Shown here piece by piece: positions 21,974 to 32,277 of a stretch of 64,000 nt of DNA (its first letter is position 1; each line of letters begins with the position of its first letter). The translations under genes were made by a program, and so were the position numbers. The notes beneath the pieces are model-generated. The model was not told the origin of the DNA and did not search any database. It was given only the letters and a program-made list of their open reading frames with translations. The stretch lies in IMG/VR virus record IMGVR_UViG_3300025000_000053, positions 185,854 to 249,853 of that record; one strand, 5' to 3'.

Positions 21974-22318
21974 CTAATGAAGCTCTTCAAATTTTTCATC
22001 ATAAAATAAATTAAAATTCTTTTCATTACAAGTTAAAGAATATAAGAAAGTTTCTCCACTATTATCATCATTAAGACTATTTTTAAAAGTACCATTGAAT
22101 TTACAGCTATATAACTCATTTTTAATTATCAGTGTAGCTTCTTCAATAACTTCACCATTAATAATAAAAGGCTGGAAATACCTTTTTGGAAATAAAATAT
22201 TAATATGCTGACCATGTAAATCTACAAATTCAATTTCATAATCAATATCTGCATATTCATCATTCGAAGGATATTTACCACTTACATCAATAATATTAAT
22301 AACTCTTAACTGTTTCAT
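21974..22318 (-). CDS. Hypothetical protein
   Basis: ORF with SD aggggg. Confidence 0.5.
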   Translation of the reverse strand: MKQLRVINIIDVSGKYPSNDEYADIDYEIEFVDLHGQHINILFPKRYFQPFIINGEVIEEATLIIKNELYSCKFNGTFKNSLNDDNSGETFLYSLTCNEKNFNLFYDEKFEELH

Positions 22319-22367
22319 TATTTAACCCCCTATTATTTTTATCAATCCAATTAAATAACCCTTAATA

Positions 22368-22814
22368 CTAAAATAACTCAGCAAATATCTTTTTATTAAT
22401 AACAATATTTGACAAATCTAATTTTAGTTTTTTATTAACTAACCATTTTAAGGCGTCTATTTTATTTTCATCAGTCCAGTAATTTTGTGGTATTAAACCA
22501 AATTGCCAAGGTTTAAATATATTAGGATATACGCTGTTAATAGTATAAAAAAGTGAAAGTTTATGAATAACTATATAAATATAATTAATTTTATACTCTG
22601 TAAAGATATCTTTATTTAGTTTTTCAATTATATCTTCTTTTGTCCATCCTAAAAGTTCTTCAAATAAAAACTTCAATATTATATCACTAATAATTTTATT
22701 TACTTCAAAACTATTTTGCCAAAAACCTCTTGGAAATTGTTTTCTTTTTTTACCACCTAAAACTTCTTTATAAATTTTAATTACTTGTAATTTATCTATT
22801 TCCATATTTTTCAC
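22368..22814 (-). CDS. DUF4046-like protein
   Basis: IYKEVLGGKKRKQFPRGFW..FLFEELLGW..YPNIFKPWQF..PQNYW resembles the Firmicutes DUF4046 repeat. Early motif at 22840. Confidence 0.55.
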   Translation of the reverse strand: MKNMEIDKLQVIKIYKEVLGGKKRKQFPRGFWQNSFEVNKIISDIILKFLFEELLGWTKEDIIEKLNKDIFTEYKINYIYIVIHKLSLFYTINSVYPNIFKPWQFGLIPQNYWTDENKIDALKWLVNKKLKLDLSNIVINKKIFAELF

Positions 22815-22850
22815 TCCCCATTTATTTTTATCTAATACGATAATATATAT

Positions 22851-23927
22851 TTATATTTTCTTTTTAGATAAAGTAATACTGCTTGTTAATTCCAATAATT
22901 GGATTGGGTATTGTGTAAAATACTTATCATTTAAATTTTTTAAAGATAAATTATCAAATCTATCAATAACTTGTTCAGTTATAGTATATATATCTTTTAT
23001 TGTTAATGCTTTAAATTGAATATCCAAACTAGTTGTATAGTAATTAATTAATAATTGATTTCTAAATTCTTCTTTAATGATATTAGAAAGAATGTTTATA
23101 CTATTAGTATTATTGTTAATAATACCTTTTTTAATAGCTTTATCTAAAGTTTTTATAATAGTTAATAAACCTAAATTTTTAATCTTTTCTATGTTCCGAT
23201 ATTTATCACCTAAAATAGATTTAATAAATGGATATAGATTTGAATCTATATCTATATTATTCACTATCTTATCTTCAAATTTTATTGTTTCAATAACATT
23301 TTCCTTACTTACTATATAACTATCCTGTTTCTTTGGATTTAATATATAAAAATTATTGTTAACATATTGATATTCATATTTATCATTAGATAAAATAAGA
23401 TTCAATGAATTGTCTTTATACCCATTTGTTAATACATATGGTACCAATGAACTTTCTATATTATTACTTTTAATTAAATAAACTCCTTCTATATATTCAG
23501 TTATTACTGATAATAGAGGAATTATTGTAGATAATGTTTGAAATAAAACAAATGTCTTAGGGTTATTAGCATATTTATCCTCATAATATTTTCTATAATT
23601 AACATTTATCATTCTATTTTTATATGTATTCTTTAGTATTGGATAAGAAAAATATATATAAATTTTAGAATATAATTTATTCTTTGAAAAGAATGATCTA
23701 TAATGAGATGTTAAATTTAGAATATTGCTCATTAATTCAATTGCTCGTTCTTCTTTTTTTACCTTTAAATATTCCTCAATATTAGCAGACACTAATTTTT
23801 TTAAAATAGGTTCAAAGTTTATAAACATATTTATTGTAGAATTTGGTGTTAATTCTTTACATTGTTTAGTAAGTAATTCATCTAATAATTTAAATCTAAT
23901 TTTAAATAAATTAAATATTATTTCCAT
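22851..23927 (-). CDS. 5'-3' exonuclease / T4 RNase H-like (FEN family) protein
   Basis: LSNDKYEYQ and H3TH-like ILGDKYRNIEKIKNLGLLTIIK. Confidence 0.55.
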   Translation of the reverse strand: MEIIFNLFKIRFKLLDELLTKQCKELTPNSTINMFINFEPILKKLVSANIEEYLKVKKEERAIELMSNILNLTSHYRSFFSKNKLYSKIYIYFSYPILKNTYKNRMINVNYRKYYEDKYANNPKTFVLFQTLSTIIPLLSVITEYIEGVYLIKSNNIESSLVPYVLTNGYKDNSLNLILSNDKYEYQYVNNNFYILNPKKQDSYIVSKENVIETIKFEDKIVNNIDIDSNLYPFIKSILGDKYRNIEKIKNLGLLTIIKTLDKAIKKGIINNNTNSINILSNIIKEEFRNQLLINYYTTSLDIQFKALTIKDIYTITEQVIDRFDNLSLKNLNDKYFTQYPIQLLELTSSITLSKKKI

Positions 23928-23933
23928 AATAAA

Positions 23934-24299
23934 TCACACCTTTATATTAATTATAAATTGACCTTTTAACTGTGAATTAACTTTATCATTTATAGTAAAT
24001 CTTTTTCTTTTTTTATTAATTGCTTTTTCTAGTGATTCTAATGAACCATAATCACATTCTAATAAAATATCAATTAAATTATTAGTTTCTTCATCTGATA
24101 AACTTATACCCTTACCAATACGATTATTATTCATATTAATATTACGGATGTCTAACGTTGTAGGATTATCTCCCCATGTTATTTTAGTAATAGCTTTACA
24201 CCAGTCATGTTTAGTACTTTCTTTAATAACACCTAAAACTTCTTCTATTGAAAATTTAAAATCTTCATTTGGTTTTTTATTTTTTTTATTTTTAGTCAT
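23934..24299 (-). CDS. PC4/YdbC-like ssDNA-binding protein
   Basis: FSIEEVLGVIKE..WCKAITKITWGDNPTTLDIR..IGKGISLSDEE. Confidence 0.7.
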   Translation of the reverse strand: MTKNKKNKKPNEDFKFSIEEVLGVIKESTKHDWCKAITKITWGDNPTTLDIRNINMNNNRIGKGISLSDEETNNLIDILLECDYGSLESLEKAINKKRKRFTINDKVNSQLKGQFIINIKV

Positions 24300-24381
24300 T
24301 TTTTATCAATCCCTTTCTTTTAAATTTATTATAAAAAAATAAATTATTGGAATACACCTAAAAAAGTGTATTCCAATATAG

Positions 24382-24972
24382 TTAATCCTGAATGTTGTGA
24401 ATGATATTGGAATATTTGTCATTCCCACCATCATCATCTTTACTGAAAAATTTACTGTTTTTGATAACTGTAAGAATAGATTTACCTTTTTTCAGTCTTA
24501 CTATTTCCGGTATTGCTATAGAATGAATTCTGGTATCTACAGCAAACATTAGACCTAGTACTTTAAAAATGTTACATTCTGTATAAACAATATTTTCACC
24601 CATAGCTGTACCAATCTTAAAATCCTTGGTAACACTATATAATGTATTTCTTAATTTTTCACTTACACGATAATTTTCCCCATCCATCTTTCTTCTAAGC
24701 TGTTTAGGCACATCTGCTAAGTTAGAAGTAATATCACTAGAATCCATATGAAACATAGCATAAACTTTAAGTTCTGGTTTAGCTGAACCATCACGAATTA
24801 CACGTGTTCTAATGGCAGCCACACCATCAATTTTTTTAATATCTTTTAAATAATTAAATAAAAAGCTTTCAATATCATCTGATAAAACATTGTATATTAC
24901 ACCTATTGCTTCTATTGGTACAGACCTATCTAATAATCCAAATCCTTTTTGACTCGCATTACCATTATTCAT
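24382..24972 (-). CDS. Hypothetical protein (early)
   Basis: SD aggaggag; early motif at 25043. Confidence 0.55.
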   Translation of the reverse strand: MNNGNASQKGFGLLDRSVPIEAIGVIYNVLSDDIESFLFNYLKDIKKIDGVAAIRTRVIRDGSAKPELKVYAMFHMDSSDITSNLADVPKQLRRKMDGENYRVSEKLRNTLYSVTKDFKIGTAMGENIVYTECNIFKVLGLMFAVDTRIHSIAIPEIVRLKKGKSILTVIKNSKFFSKDDDGGNDKYSNIIHNIQD

Positions 24973-25061
24973 GTAAATATCTCCTCCTAATTAATTTTAA
25001 TTTTTTGTTTAACTAGATATAAAAATCTATTTAGATATTTTAATAATATATAATTAAAATT

Positions 25062-25937
25062 TTAATCTAATTTCTTAACCTCTTGATAATCACTTAACAT
25101 AATATTATTAATTTTATTAGACCATTTATCACTAGAAGAATATATTGTATTGATTTGTTCAATTGTATTTAAACCTTTGTTAACATAATATTTTTTAATT
25201 ATATTTGTAAAACTATCAACACTTTCTGATTTGGTGTTATAATTGTATGCTTTGTTATAAGGATCTTTATCTATAGCATTTAAACCAAATAGATTATTTT
25301 TTTCTCTTGCAATTTGAGATGTACCGTTACCACTTTCTAATCTAGCTACAGCTAGAATAAAGAAACTATTTATATTATAGTCTCTTTCAGCTTTTAGAAT
25401 AGCTTCCTCAATTCCTTCTAATTTTGTACCAGATAAAAGAGTCTTTAAGTCATTTATATGTAAATTAGATTTTGAATTAACTATATTTATGGGTTTTCTT
25501 ATTAACCCCCTAGAACTTAATTTTCTTTTATTGATATATTCCTGTAAACTACTATTACTATCAATTTTCTTTAGATAATTTTTATTAATATAATTATTAT
25601 TTTTATTCTTATACCATTCACCATCATTCTTAGATATTATTTCAACTATATCCCCTTTAGATAATATTCCAACTCTTTCGGAATTAATACTGTTAGATTT
25701 TCTTATATTCAGAAATTCACTTATAACCACATAATATTCTAATTTTTCTTGAATGAATAATGTTGGTTCTTTACTGGTATTTTTTTGTTGTTGAATATTT
25801 AATAATTCTCTATTCTTCTTTTCAACTTCTTTTATTGTCTGATTATAAATATGATTAATATGCAATCCTTGCACTAATAATAAAATAAGTATACAAATAA
25901 TTAATTTATTCTTCTTTGAAATAAATTCTTTAAACAT
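25062..25937 (-). CDS. Signal-anchored SH3b + GH73 glucosaminidase (cell-wall hydrolase)
   Basis: N-terminal TM segment; SH3b LNIRKSNSINSERVGIL; AVARLESGNG..KNNLFGLNA..YSSSDKW. Late motif at 25956-25967. Confidence 0.8.
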   Translation of the reverse strand: MFKEFISKKNKLIICILILLLVQGLHINHIYNQTIKEVEKKNRELLNIQQQKNTSKEPTLFIQEKLEYYVVISEFLNIRKSNSINSERVGILSKGDIVEIISKNDGEWYKNKNNNYINKNYLKKIDSNSSLQEYINKRKLSSRGLIRKPINIVNSKSNLHINDLKTLLSGTKLEGIEEAILKAERDYNINSFFILAVARLESGNGTSQIAREKNNLFGLNAIDKDPYNKAYNYNTKSESVDSFTNIIKKYYVNKGLNTIEQINTIYSSSDKWSNKINNIMLSDYQEVKKLD

Positions 25938-25987
25938 TTTAAAACCTCCTTTAATTATAATAATGTTTTATATATGATAAATAACTA

Positions 25988-26019
25988 ATAATGAGATAAC
26001 CTTAAGGTTATCTCATTAT
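25988..26019. terminator. 32-bp perfect palindrome (terminator candidate)
   Basis: ataatgagataacctt|aaggttatctcattat. Confidence 0.65.
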
Positions 26020-26021
26020 CT

Positions 26022-27944
26022 TTATCCAAACATAATTATTTGAAATAATTTTTTCACACCTAATATAGACTTTGTATTTATATTATAAACAAAAGTATCA
26101 TATCCACCATTTTCAAAATATTTAGTAAAATCAAAATCTTTTTCATTCTTTTGAATCTCTTTTAAATAAGTTTTAAAATCATTGATTGCAAATGCTCTGG
26201 CTTTTTGAGCATCTTTTAATTTTTCACTATTAATATTTTTTTTCTTATAAATCACATCTCTTTCTATAGAATTTATTAAAGCAAATAAATAGGCTAAATT
26301 ATGTTTCATTGCTTCATAATTTTTAGATTTAAAGTTTTCAATTAATAACTTATGGTTTTCTGAATAATCATCCATATATGATTTTTTGGGTTTAAAAGAA
26401 AATTTAATATCACCTGTTTCTTCTATTGAAATACCTTCAGTTAGTATTTTATTATTATATTGATTATCAAGACCCTGTTTATTTATATACACAATCTTCA
26501 TATCCATAGTTTTCAAATCTCTCACATCACCTGTTACTAATGAATTTATATTAATTTCTACAGACGAACCATATAATTTTATTAAAATAATCTCGTTACT
26601 ATCAATTTTATTTTTAGCTAATAAATATAAACGATTTTCTCCTATACCATAATATATTATATCACCATTTATATCAGTAGAATTATATATCCCTGTAAAT
26701 ATATCTTTTAATTTATTTATAAATAATAAATCAGTATCATCTAACTTTAATGTATAATTTTTATCATAGTATTTAATAAATTTTGGATTTAAAGAACCTT
26801 CTAGATATCCTATTATAAATGAAATTTCTTTATTATTTCTCGGTAATTCTTGTAAGAAGAATTCTTTCATATCGTTAAAAAAGTTTATACCAAGTGAAAG
26901 ATTAAATTTAGTTAACATTGAACGAGACAAATCCTTTAATTCAACTGACTTTTTCCTAAGAAATTCTTCAGTATTTTTCATATTTAAATCTAAAAATTGT
27001 TCATAATCTAATTCTCTATCATTACTAGAATCAAAAGAATGTTTATAAGCACTTCTTAAATCATTATCACTAATAAAATCTCTTAATAATGAATTTAAAA
27101 TTTCAGTTTGATTTCTTAAATTCTTTGTTATATTTTTAATATCAACTTCAGTTATTAATTTTAATCCATCAATATATAATAAATAAATACGTCTTATAAC
27201 TAGAAAGAAATTATCTGAATTTTGTATTAACATATCTTTCAATAATGATAAATACTTCTCATTTTCTTCAATACTGTTTTCACTATAAATCATAAAACAA
27301 AAATCTTCAATCATACTCTTTTGTAATTTAATTGACTCAATATAATTAAATCCTTTTCCTCCTATGAATAATATATATTCAAATCCTCTTTCATATATTA
27401 TTTTTTCAATAAAATTATTCAAAATTTGTATAAAATATAATGTATTATTATTTAATGAATTAATTACAACTTCATTTATAAAAGGTCTATATAAATTATC
27501 ATAGAATTTTTTTTCAAAGTCATAAACTTCATCTAATGAAGATGGTATAAATGTATTTAGTTCTTTTATCATCTGTTTTAAATAATTATTTATTGAAGCA
27601 TATTTCAAAAATTCTTCAGGTAATTCCATATCAGTTAACGAGCACTCATCTGACGAACAACTAACACATTCTTTTATTATACTTTTATCAGCTAATTTAT
27701 AAAAAGGGTTTTTTTCACTAATATTTATTTTTAGATTATACTCTTTAGATTTTTTATTTATATTTTTAGCTAATGTGAATTTTTTAGATGCAGGACAGTA
27801 TCTAAAAAATCTAATAGCTTGAATTATATGTTCCTCATCAATTAGTGGGAACTTTCTATCTTTGGGTAAACCAAAATCTTCCGAATCTAGGGTTTTCCGG
27901 TCCTTAGCTTTTAATTTATTTTCTAACAATATATTAAAATCCAA
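26022..27944 (-). CDS. Probable virion protein with N-terminal DUF6582-like domain
   Basis: RKTLDSEDFGLPKDRKFPLIDEEHIIQAIRFF; ILLE, IIKE and ILTE motifs. Late motif at 27974-27985. Confidence 0.5.
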   Translation of the reverse strand: MDFNILLENKLKAKDRKTLDSEDFGLPKDRKFPLIDEEHIIQAIRFFRYCPASKKFTLAKNINKKSKEYNLKINISEKNPFYKLADKSIIKECVSCSSDECSLTDMELPEEFLKYASINNYLKQMIKELNTFIPSSLDEVYDFEKKFYDNLYRPFINEVVINSLNNNTLYFIQILNNFIEKIIYERGFEYILFIGGKGFNYIESIKLQKSMIEDFCFMIYSENSIEENEKYLSLLKDMLIQNSDNFFLVIRRIYLLYIDGLKLITEVDIKNITKNLRNQTEILNSLLRDFISDNDLRSAYKHSFDSSNDRELDYEQFLDLNMKNTEEFLRKKSVELKDLSRSMLTKFNLSLGINFFNDMKEFFLQELPRNNKEISFIIGYLEGSLNPKFIKYYDKNYTLKLDDTDLLFINKLKDIFTGIYNSTDINGDIIYYGIGENRLYLLAKNKIDSNEIILIKLYGSSVEININSLVTGDVRDLKTMDMKIVYINKQGLDNQYNNKILTEGISIEETGDIKFSFKPKKSYMDDYSENHKLLIENFKSKNYEAMKHNLAYLFALINSIERDVIYKKKNINSEKLKDAQKARAFAINDFKTYLKEIQKNEKDFDFTKYFENGGYDTFVYNINTKSILGVKKLFQIIMFG

Positions 27945-28010
27945 TATAATTCACTCCTTTATATTAGTTACTTTAAGTAATTGTTTTTTATTTAAAGAGA
28001 AAATCAATTA

Positions 28011-28018
28011 TATATTAT
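28011..28018 (+). promoter_or_regulatory. Early promoter motif TATATTAT (representative; 11 copies listed in findings)
   Basis: Recurs 25-100 nt upstream of non-structural genes on both strands. Confidence 0.5.
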
Positions 28019-28063
28019 TAAGGAGTAGATTAAATAATAAGTTAAAAATGGAGGCCGAACATA

Positions 28064-28363
28064 ATGAAAACTAATAAAATTGGAATTGAAAAATCTAAAG
28101 ATGTGAAAATTAATAATGCATTGTCATTAAAGTTTAGGAGATATATAGAAAGAATTAAAGAGGATAATGGATATGTTATCGATAGAACCTTAAACTGTGT
28201 AATAAAGATCATCGGCATAGTAATATGTAAAGATGAAAATATTTATCCAATATTAAAAGATGAGAAAATATCCTTTAATGAACTTTCTAGAAGGAATGGA
28301 GTTATGCATATAATGGATATATATAATAAACCTTCTGAAATTTTAGCAACCTATAAATTATAG
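28064..28363 (+). CDS. Hypothetical early protein
   Basis: SD ggagg; early motif at 28011. Confidence 0.55.
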   Translation: MKTNKIGIEKSKDVKINNALSLKFRRYIERIKEDNGYVIDRTLNCVIKIIGIVICKDENIYPILKDEKISFNELSRRNGVMHIMDIYNKPSEILATYKL

Positions 28364-28634
28364 ATTTAATAATTAATGGAGTTAATTTATATTAACTCCA
28401 TTATTCAGAACCAAAAAGATATTAAATTAACTGATATATCTAAAGTTATTGTGTTCTTTCATACATTTGATACAGAAGAATAAAATATAATAAATTATAC
28501 TGAGATAAATTTATCTCAGTATAATTTATTTTTTTATATTCTTAATAGTTTTCAACATTATACGTTCCGTAAATTAACTCAATTAAATTATATATTATTA
28601 CTTTAAGATTAAATAGAAAAGAGGTTTTTAAAAT

Positions 28635-29171
28635 ATGAGAATTTGGAATGATGGACAAAGAAGATTTTTATCTTTTTCCAAGGAGGAAAAAACACTTATA
28701 CAGAATAATATCAAGACTAAATCTAGATGGATTGATATTGATGAATATGATTCTATACAAAAAAGTCTTTTTAAATTATTTCCTGTAATTAATCAAGAAT
28801 TGGACTCATATTATCTTGCTAAAGCCTTCAGTTTAAATGATACTTTTGAATTCCATCCATTAAATCCTATAAGAATTAATTTAGAAATTGGAACACCCCT
28901 GTATCATCTAACAACAAAATTAGATGATATAAAAAAATCTGGTTATTTAATCGGAACAGATAAATCAGGAGATAATATTAAATATTCGGAAAAAAGAGTT
29001 TATTTAGCAATAAATCTTAATGAACTTAATAGAGTTGGTGGGACTTATTTAAAAAATAGAGAAAAAATAGAGTTAATTTATAATGGAAAGTATGAGTTAT
29101 TTATTGACCCTGAATACGATGGAACTAATAACTTTGTTTATGTTAAAACAGAAAAATTATCTATATTTTAA
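28635..29171 (+). CDS. Possible ADP-ribosyltransferase-fold protein (early)
   Basis: PLYHLT..GYL..RVYLA pattern; early motif at 28591. Confidence 0.35.
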   Translation: MRIWNDGQRRFLSFSKEEKTLIQNNIKTKSRWIDIDEYDSIQKSLFKLFPVINQELDSYYLAKAFSLNDTFEFHPLNPIRINLEIGTPLYHLTTKLDDIKKSGYLIGTDKSGDNIKYSEKRVYLAINLNELNRVGGTYLKNREKIELIYNGKYELFIDPEYDGTNNFVYVKTEKLSIF

Positions 29172-29334
29172 AATACCATATAAAAAATAATTTTTATATG
29201 GTATTTATTTTTTTAGTATATTCAATATTACTATTTATATATTATATTGGTAGATAACTAGTAATTCTACCCACCGATCTAGGGTTATATATAATCGGGT
29301 TGTATATAAAATTATACAAATAAGGAGGTGGTAA

Positions 29335-29676
29335 ATGATGAAACCACAGCGAGGATTTACAGTAATAGTTAAAAGGAACTGTTATGAAGGGACTTTGGGA
29401 TGTAGATACCGATCCAGATACCGACCCTTGATTGTAGAAACCGTTACCAATTATACTAATATTAACGGTCATAGCGAATTGACTTTCTTAATTCGGTTTC
29501 GACCATATCAAATCCAGCAGGGCGGTGAACACTGTTTGAACCAAATATTCGAACCAGCTATTGAAAGAAGTCTCAATACTGATGAAAGGAGGCTTTCGAG
29601 GTCTGTTTATCATAACATTCCTAAAACTTCAATGAAACCTCAAGTGGTTTCATTAATCGATAAAAAAATAATATGA
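29335..29676 (+). CDS. Hypothetical early protein
   Basis: SD aggaggt; early motif at 29238; visibly more GC-rich than its flanks. Confidence 0.5.
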   Translation: MMKPQRGFTVIVKRNCYEGTLGCRYRSRYRPLIVETVTNYTNINGHSELTFLIRFRPYQIQQGGEHCLNQIFEPAIERSLNTDERRLSRSVYHNIPKTSMKPQVVSLIDKKII

Positions 29677-29786
29677 TATTTTATAAAAAATAGAGATGGG
29701 GTAATCCCCCGTTTCTATTTTTTTATATATTTAAATAAAAAAATATAATGTAATGGATTAAATACCATTACATTATATTTTTTATA

Positions 29787-30341
29787 TTATGTGTTAATTC
29801 TATGTTTTTTTCCTTTTGGACATCTACTTTTTGCCTTTAACAGTTTATGGGCTTCTTTTCTAATATTGATTTTTGTCCCGTCCTGGATATTGGTATATTC
29901 ACCAACAAACTCGGCGACATCTTTCAGAACGATTGAACCATTGAAGTCTGCTTTAGGAATAAAGTCAAACTTCCTTCCGGTATCGGCGTATTTATAGATT
30001 ATTTCGGAACATACTTCATAGAAACCATCAGTGTTTCTGAATTCATATGACTCAACAACTCGCTGAGCCTCCTGAGCATCGACACCGAAATCCAACAGAA
30101 TAGTTTTAATCATATTACGGAATAATTGTACCGGAAATACCTCTTTTGTTACAATTTCATTTGCTTTATTTGATACAGTTTCAACTTTATAGTTGATTTC
30201 ATTCAAAAAAGCTTTGGTTAATTTATCAAAATCACCACGACTGAATGAAACAATTGGTTTACCTTTCTTAGATAGAGTAATACTGTTTTTAATTTCCTCG
30301 AATACCTCTGTAAAAGATTTGTTAATTGTAACCTTTGTCAT
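29787..30341 (-). CDS. Hypothetical protein, probably abundant
   Basis: SD ggaggt; early motif at 30412; C-ending codons; basic C-terminal tail. Confidence 0.6.
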   Translation of the reverse strand: MTKVTINKSFTEVFEEIKNSITLSKKGKPIVSFSRGDFDKLTKAFLNEINYKVETVSNKANEIVTKEVFPVQLFRNMIKTILLDFGVDAQEAQRVVESYEFRNTDGFYEVCSEIIYKYADTGRKFDFIPKADFNGSIVLKDVAEFVGEYTNIQDGTKINIRKEAHKLLKAKSRCPKGKKHRINT

Positions 30342-30584
30342 TTTAATCCTACCTCCGTTTAATAGTTTATTTTTACTTTATTAGTTCAATTAATTATTAA
30401 TTAATCACTTAATAATATATACTTAAAAATGTATTTCAAAGAAATGTTTAATACATAATAAATAATTATTTATTTTTTAGCTTTATTTTTAGATCTACCC
30501 ATTTTATAACCAATAAATCCAGATATAATACATACGGTCAAAACAGATATTAATACTGAAAATAATATAGCTAAATTATTAATT

Positions 30585-30767
30585 TCATCTACCATATTTT
30601 TTCCCCCCTATAAATAATTTTATTTTTTTAGCTATTTCTTTAGATGCTTGATATATAAAAACTGATATGTAAAATAATAATATAGCTAAAAATATATACT
30701 GTAAATTTTCTATTAGCAAGATTAGAATTAATATTATGAATACAAAAATCATTGCTTCTAACATCAT
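30585..30767 (-). CDS. Small membrane protein
   Basis: Two hydrophobic stretches; SD gaggag. Confidence 0.5.
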   Translation of the reverse strand: MMLEAMIFVFIILILILLIENLQYIFLAILLFYISVFIYQASKEIAKKIKLFIGGKKYGR

Positions 30768-30830
30768 CTCATCTCCTCATTATTTTATAGTAAACCATTC
30801 ACCAACATTAAAAATATAATACTTACTATA

Positions 30831-31070
30831 CTATCCAATTTTTTCACCTATTTTTTCATATGTCATAATTTCGTCTTCATCTATAGTTAATTCTTTATAT
30901 TTATGGAGTTTAACTATATCACCGACAGTATATTTTTTTCTTTCTTCTTTTGAAATATAGACAACAAATGATTCACCTTGAGCATTATTTAAATAAACTG
31001 TAGAACCTTCTCCTGGGTTTATACTTTTTAATATTCTTCTTATTGTCGCACAGAGAGTATTTATTATCAT
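30831..31070 (-). CDS. Small hypothetical protein
   Basis: ORF within the early minus-strand cluster. Confidence 0.5.
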   Translation of the reverse strand: MIINTLCATIRRILKSINPGEGSTVYLNNAQGESFVVYISKEERKKYTVGDIVKLHKYKELTIDEDEIMTYEKIGEKIG

Positions 31071-31102
31071 ATATTTATTTCATACTCCTTTTAAAAATAT
31101 TT

Positions 31103-31539
31103 TTATTCAGGTTTAATTTTATTAAATAAATTTAAAGCATCTTTCAATAACAAAAGTTGTTTTTTTATAAAATCACTAACATTTTCTTTATTAGACATAT
31201 CTATATATTCGTCTATATTTTCTTTAGTTATTTTTAAATCATCTTCTAATACAAATAAATTATTCGTATTAATTAAAATAAATAAATCTAATGCAGATAA
31301 TAAGTTATGATAAATTAAACTATACGCAAATTCATCCTTTATTTGTTCATCAACTTCATTAAAACTTTCAACTTCATCAATAATACTTTGAAACATTGAG
31401 AAAAATATTCCATCTCTTGCACCTGCAAAATCATTATATACTTCACATAATTTATTATGCTTTAAAATAAATGTTTTTATTTTATTAAATTCATCCTTTT
31501 TTCTTTCAGTTTCTTATTTAAATCAATGATATTCAATAT
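31103..31539 (-). pseudogene. Frameshifted member of a three-gene paralog family (pseudogene, recoding or assembly indel)
   Basis: SD ggagg, then ATA/TTG NIIDLNKKLKEK; a -1 shift at the A6 run (31497-31502) joins this to the 31103..31396 frame. Confidence 0.55.
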
Positions 31540-31552
31540 AAATAAACCTCCT

Positions 31553-32026
31553 TTAACTAATATTATTTAATAAATCATCATAGATAATCATAATGTTTTT
31601 TAAATGTTTTACCTGTTCTAATAAAACTTTATTTTCTTCAATTTTTTCTTTAGTAATATTTTTCTCTAAAATTTTTATATATTCATCTATATTGTCTTTA
31701 TTTAATTCACAATTTCTTAAAATACATTCAACATTCATATCAATAAAAAGCTTTAATGCGCCTAACAAATTTTTGTAAATTAATCCATAGACAAATGAAT
31801 CCATAAATAAAGGAATATTTTCTTTATCTGAAAATGTTTCACACTCTTTTACTATATCAGGAATAAAACCATAAAAAGAATAATCCCTAGCATCATTAAC
31901 TAAATTAAAACCTGGTAATAAGAAATCATATTTATTAAAAAAGTCAAATACTATTTGACCTTTTTCTTCAATTTGCTTATCTCTCAACTTATCATTTAAA
32001 TCTAGTAACTTACCATATTTACTCAA
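31553..32026 (-). CDS. Paralog family member (early)
   Basis: FVYGLIYKNLLGALKLFI..LNKDNIDEYI is shared with its neighbours. Confidence 0.6.
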   Translation of the reverse strand: MSKYGKLLDLNDKLRDKQIEEKGQIVFDFFNKYDFLLPGFNLVNDARDYSFYGFIPDIVKECETFSDKENIPLFMDSFVYGLIYKNLLGALKLFIDMNVECILRNCELNKDNIDEYIKILEKNITKEKIEENKVLLEQVKHLKNIMIIYDDLLNNIS

Positions 32027-32035
32027 CTATATCAC

Positions 32036-32242
32036 CTATCCTTTTTTTAAAATTATTTTTTTATTTTCAATTATAACAGTATGTCCGTCAATTTCATTAA
32101 TTTCTTCAATAGATTCTATTTCTTCTAGAAATGAAAGAAGTTCCTTTTCTACTTTTTCTTTAGCTTCATTTTCATTACTAGCTATAATTAAAAAACATGT
32201 TCTATCACCAAAATACATAGTATAAATTTTGAATAATTTCAT
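32036..32242 (-). CDS. Small hypothetical protein
   Basis: SD ggaga; 68-aa ORF. Confidence 0.5.
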   Translation of the reverse strand: MKLFKIYTMYFGDRTCFLIIASNENEAKEKVEKELLSFLEEIESIEEINEIDGHTVIIENKKIILKKG

Positions 32243-32277
32243 AAAATCACATCTCCATATTCATATATTAAGTACTA

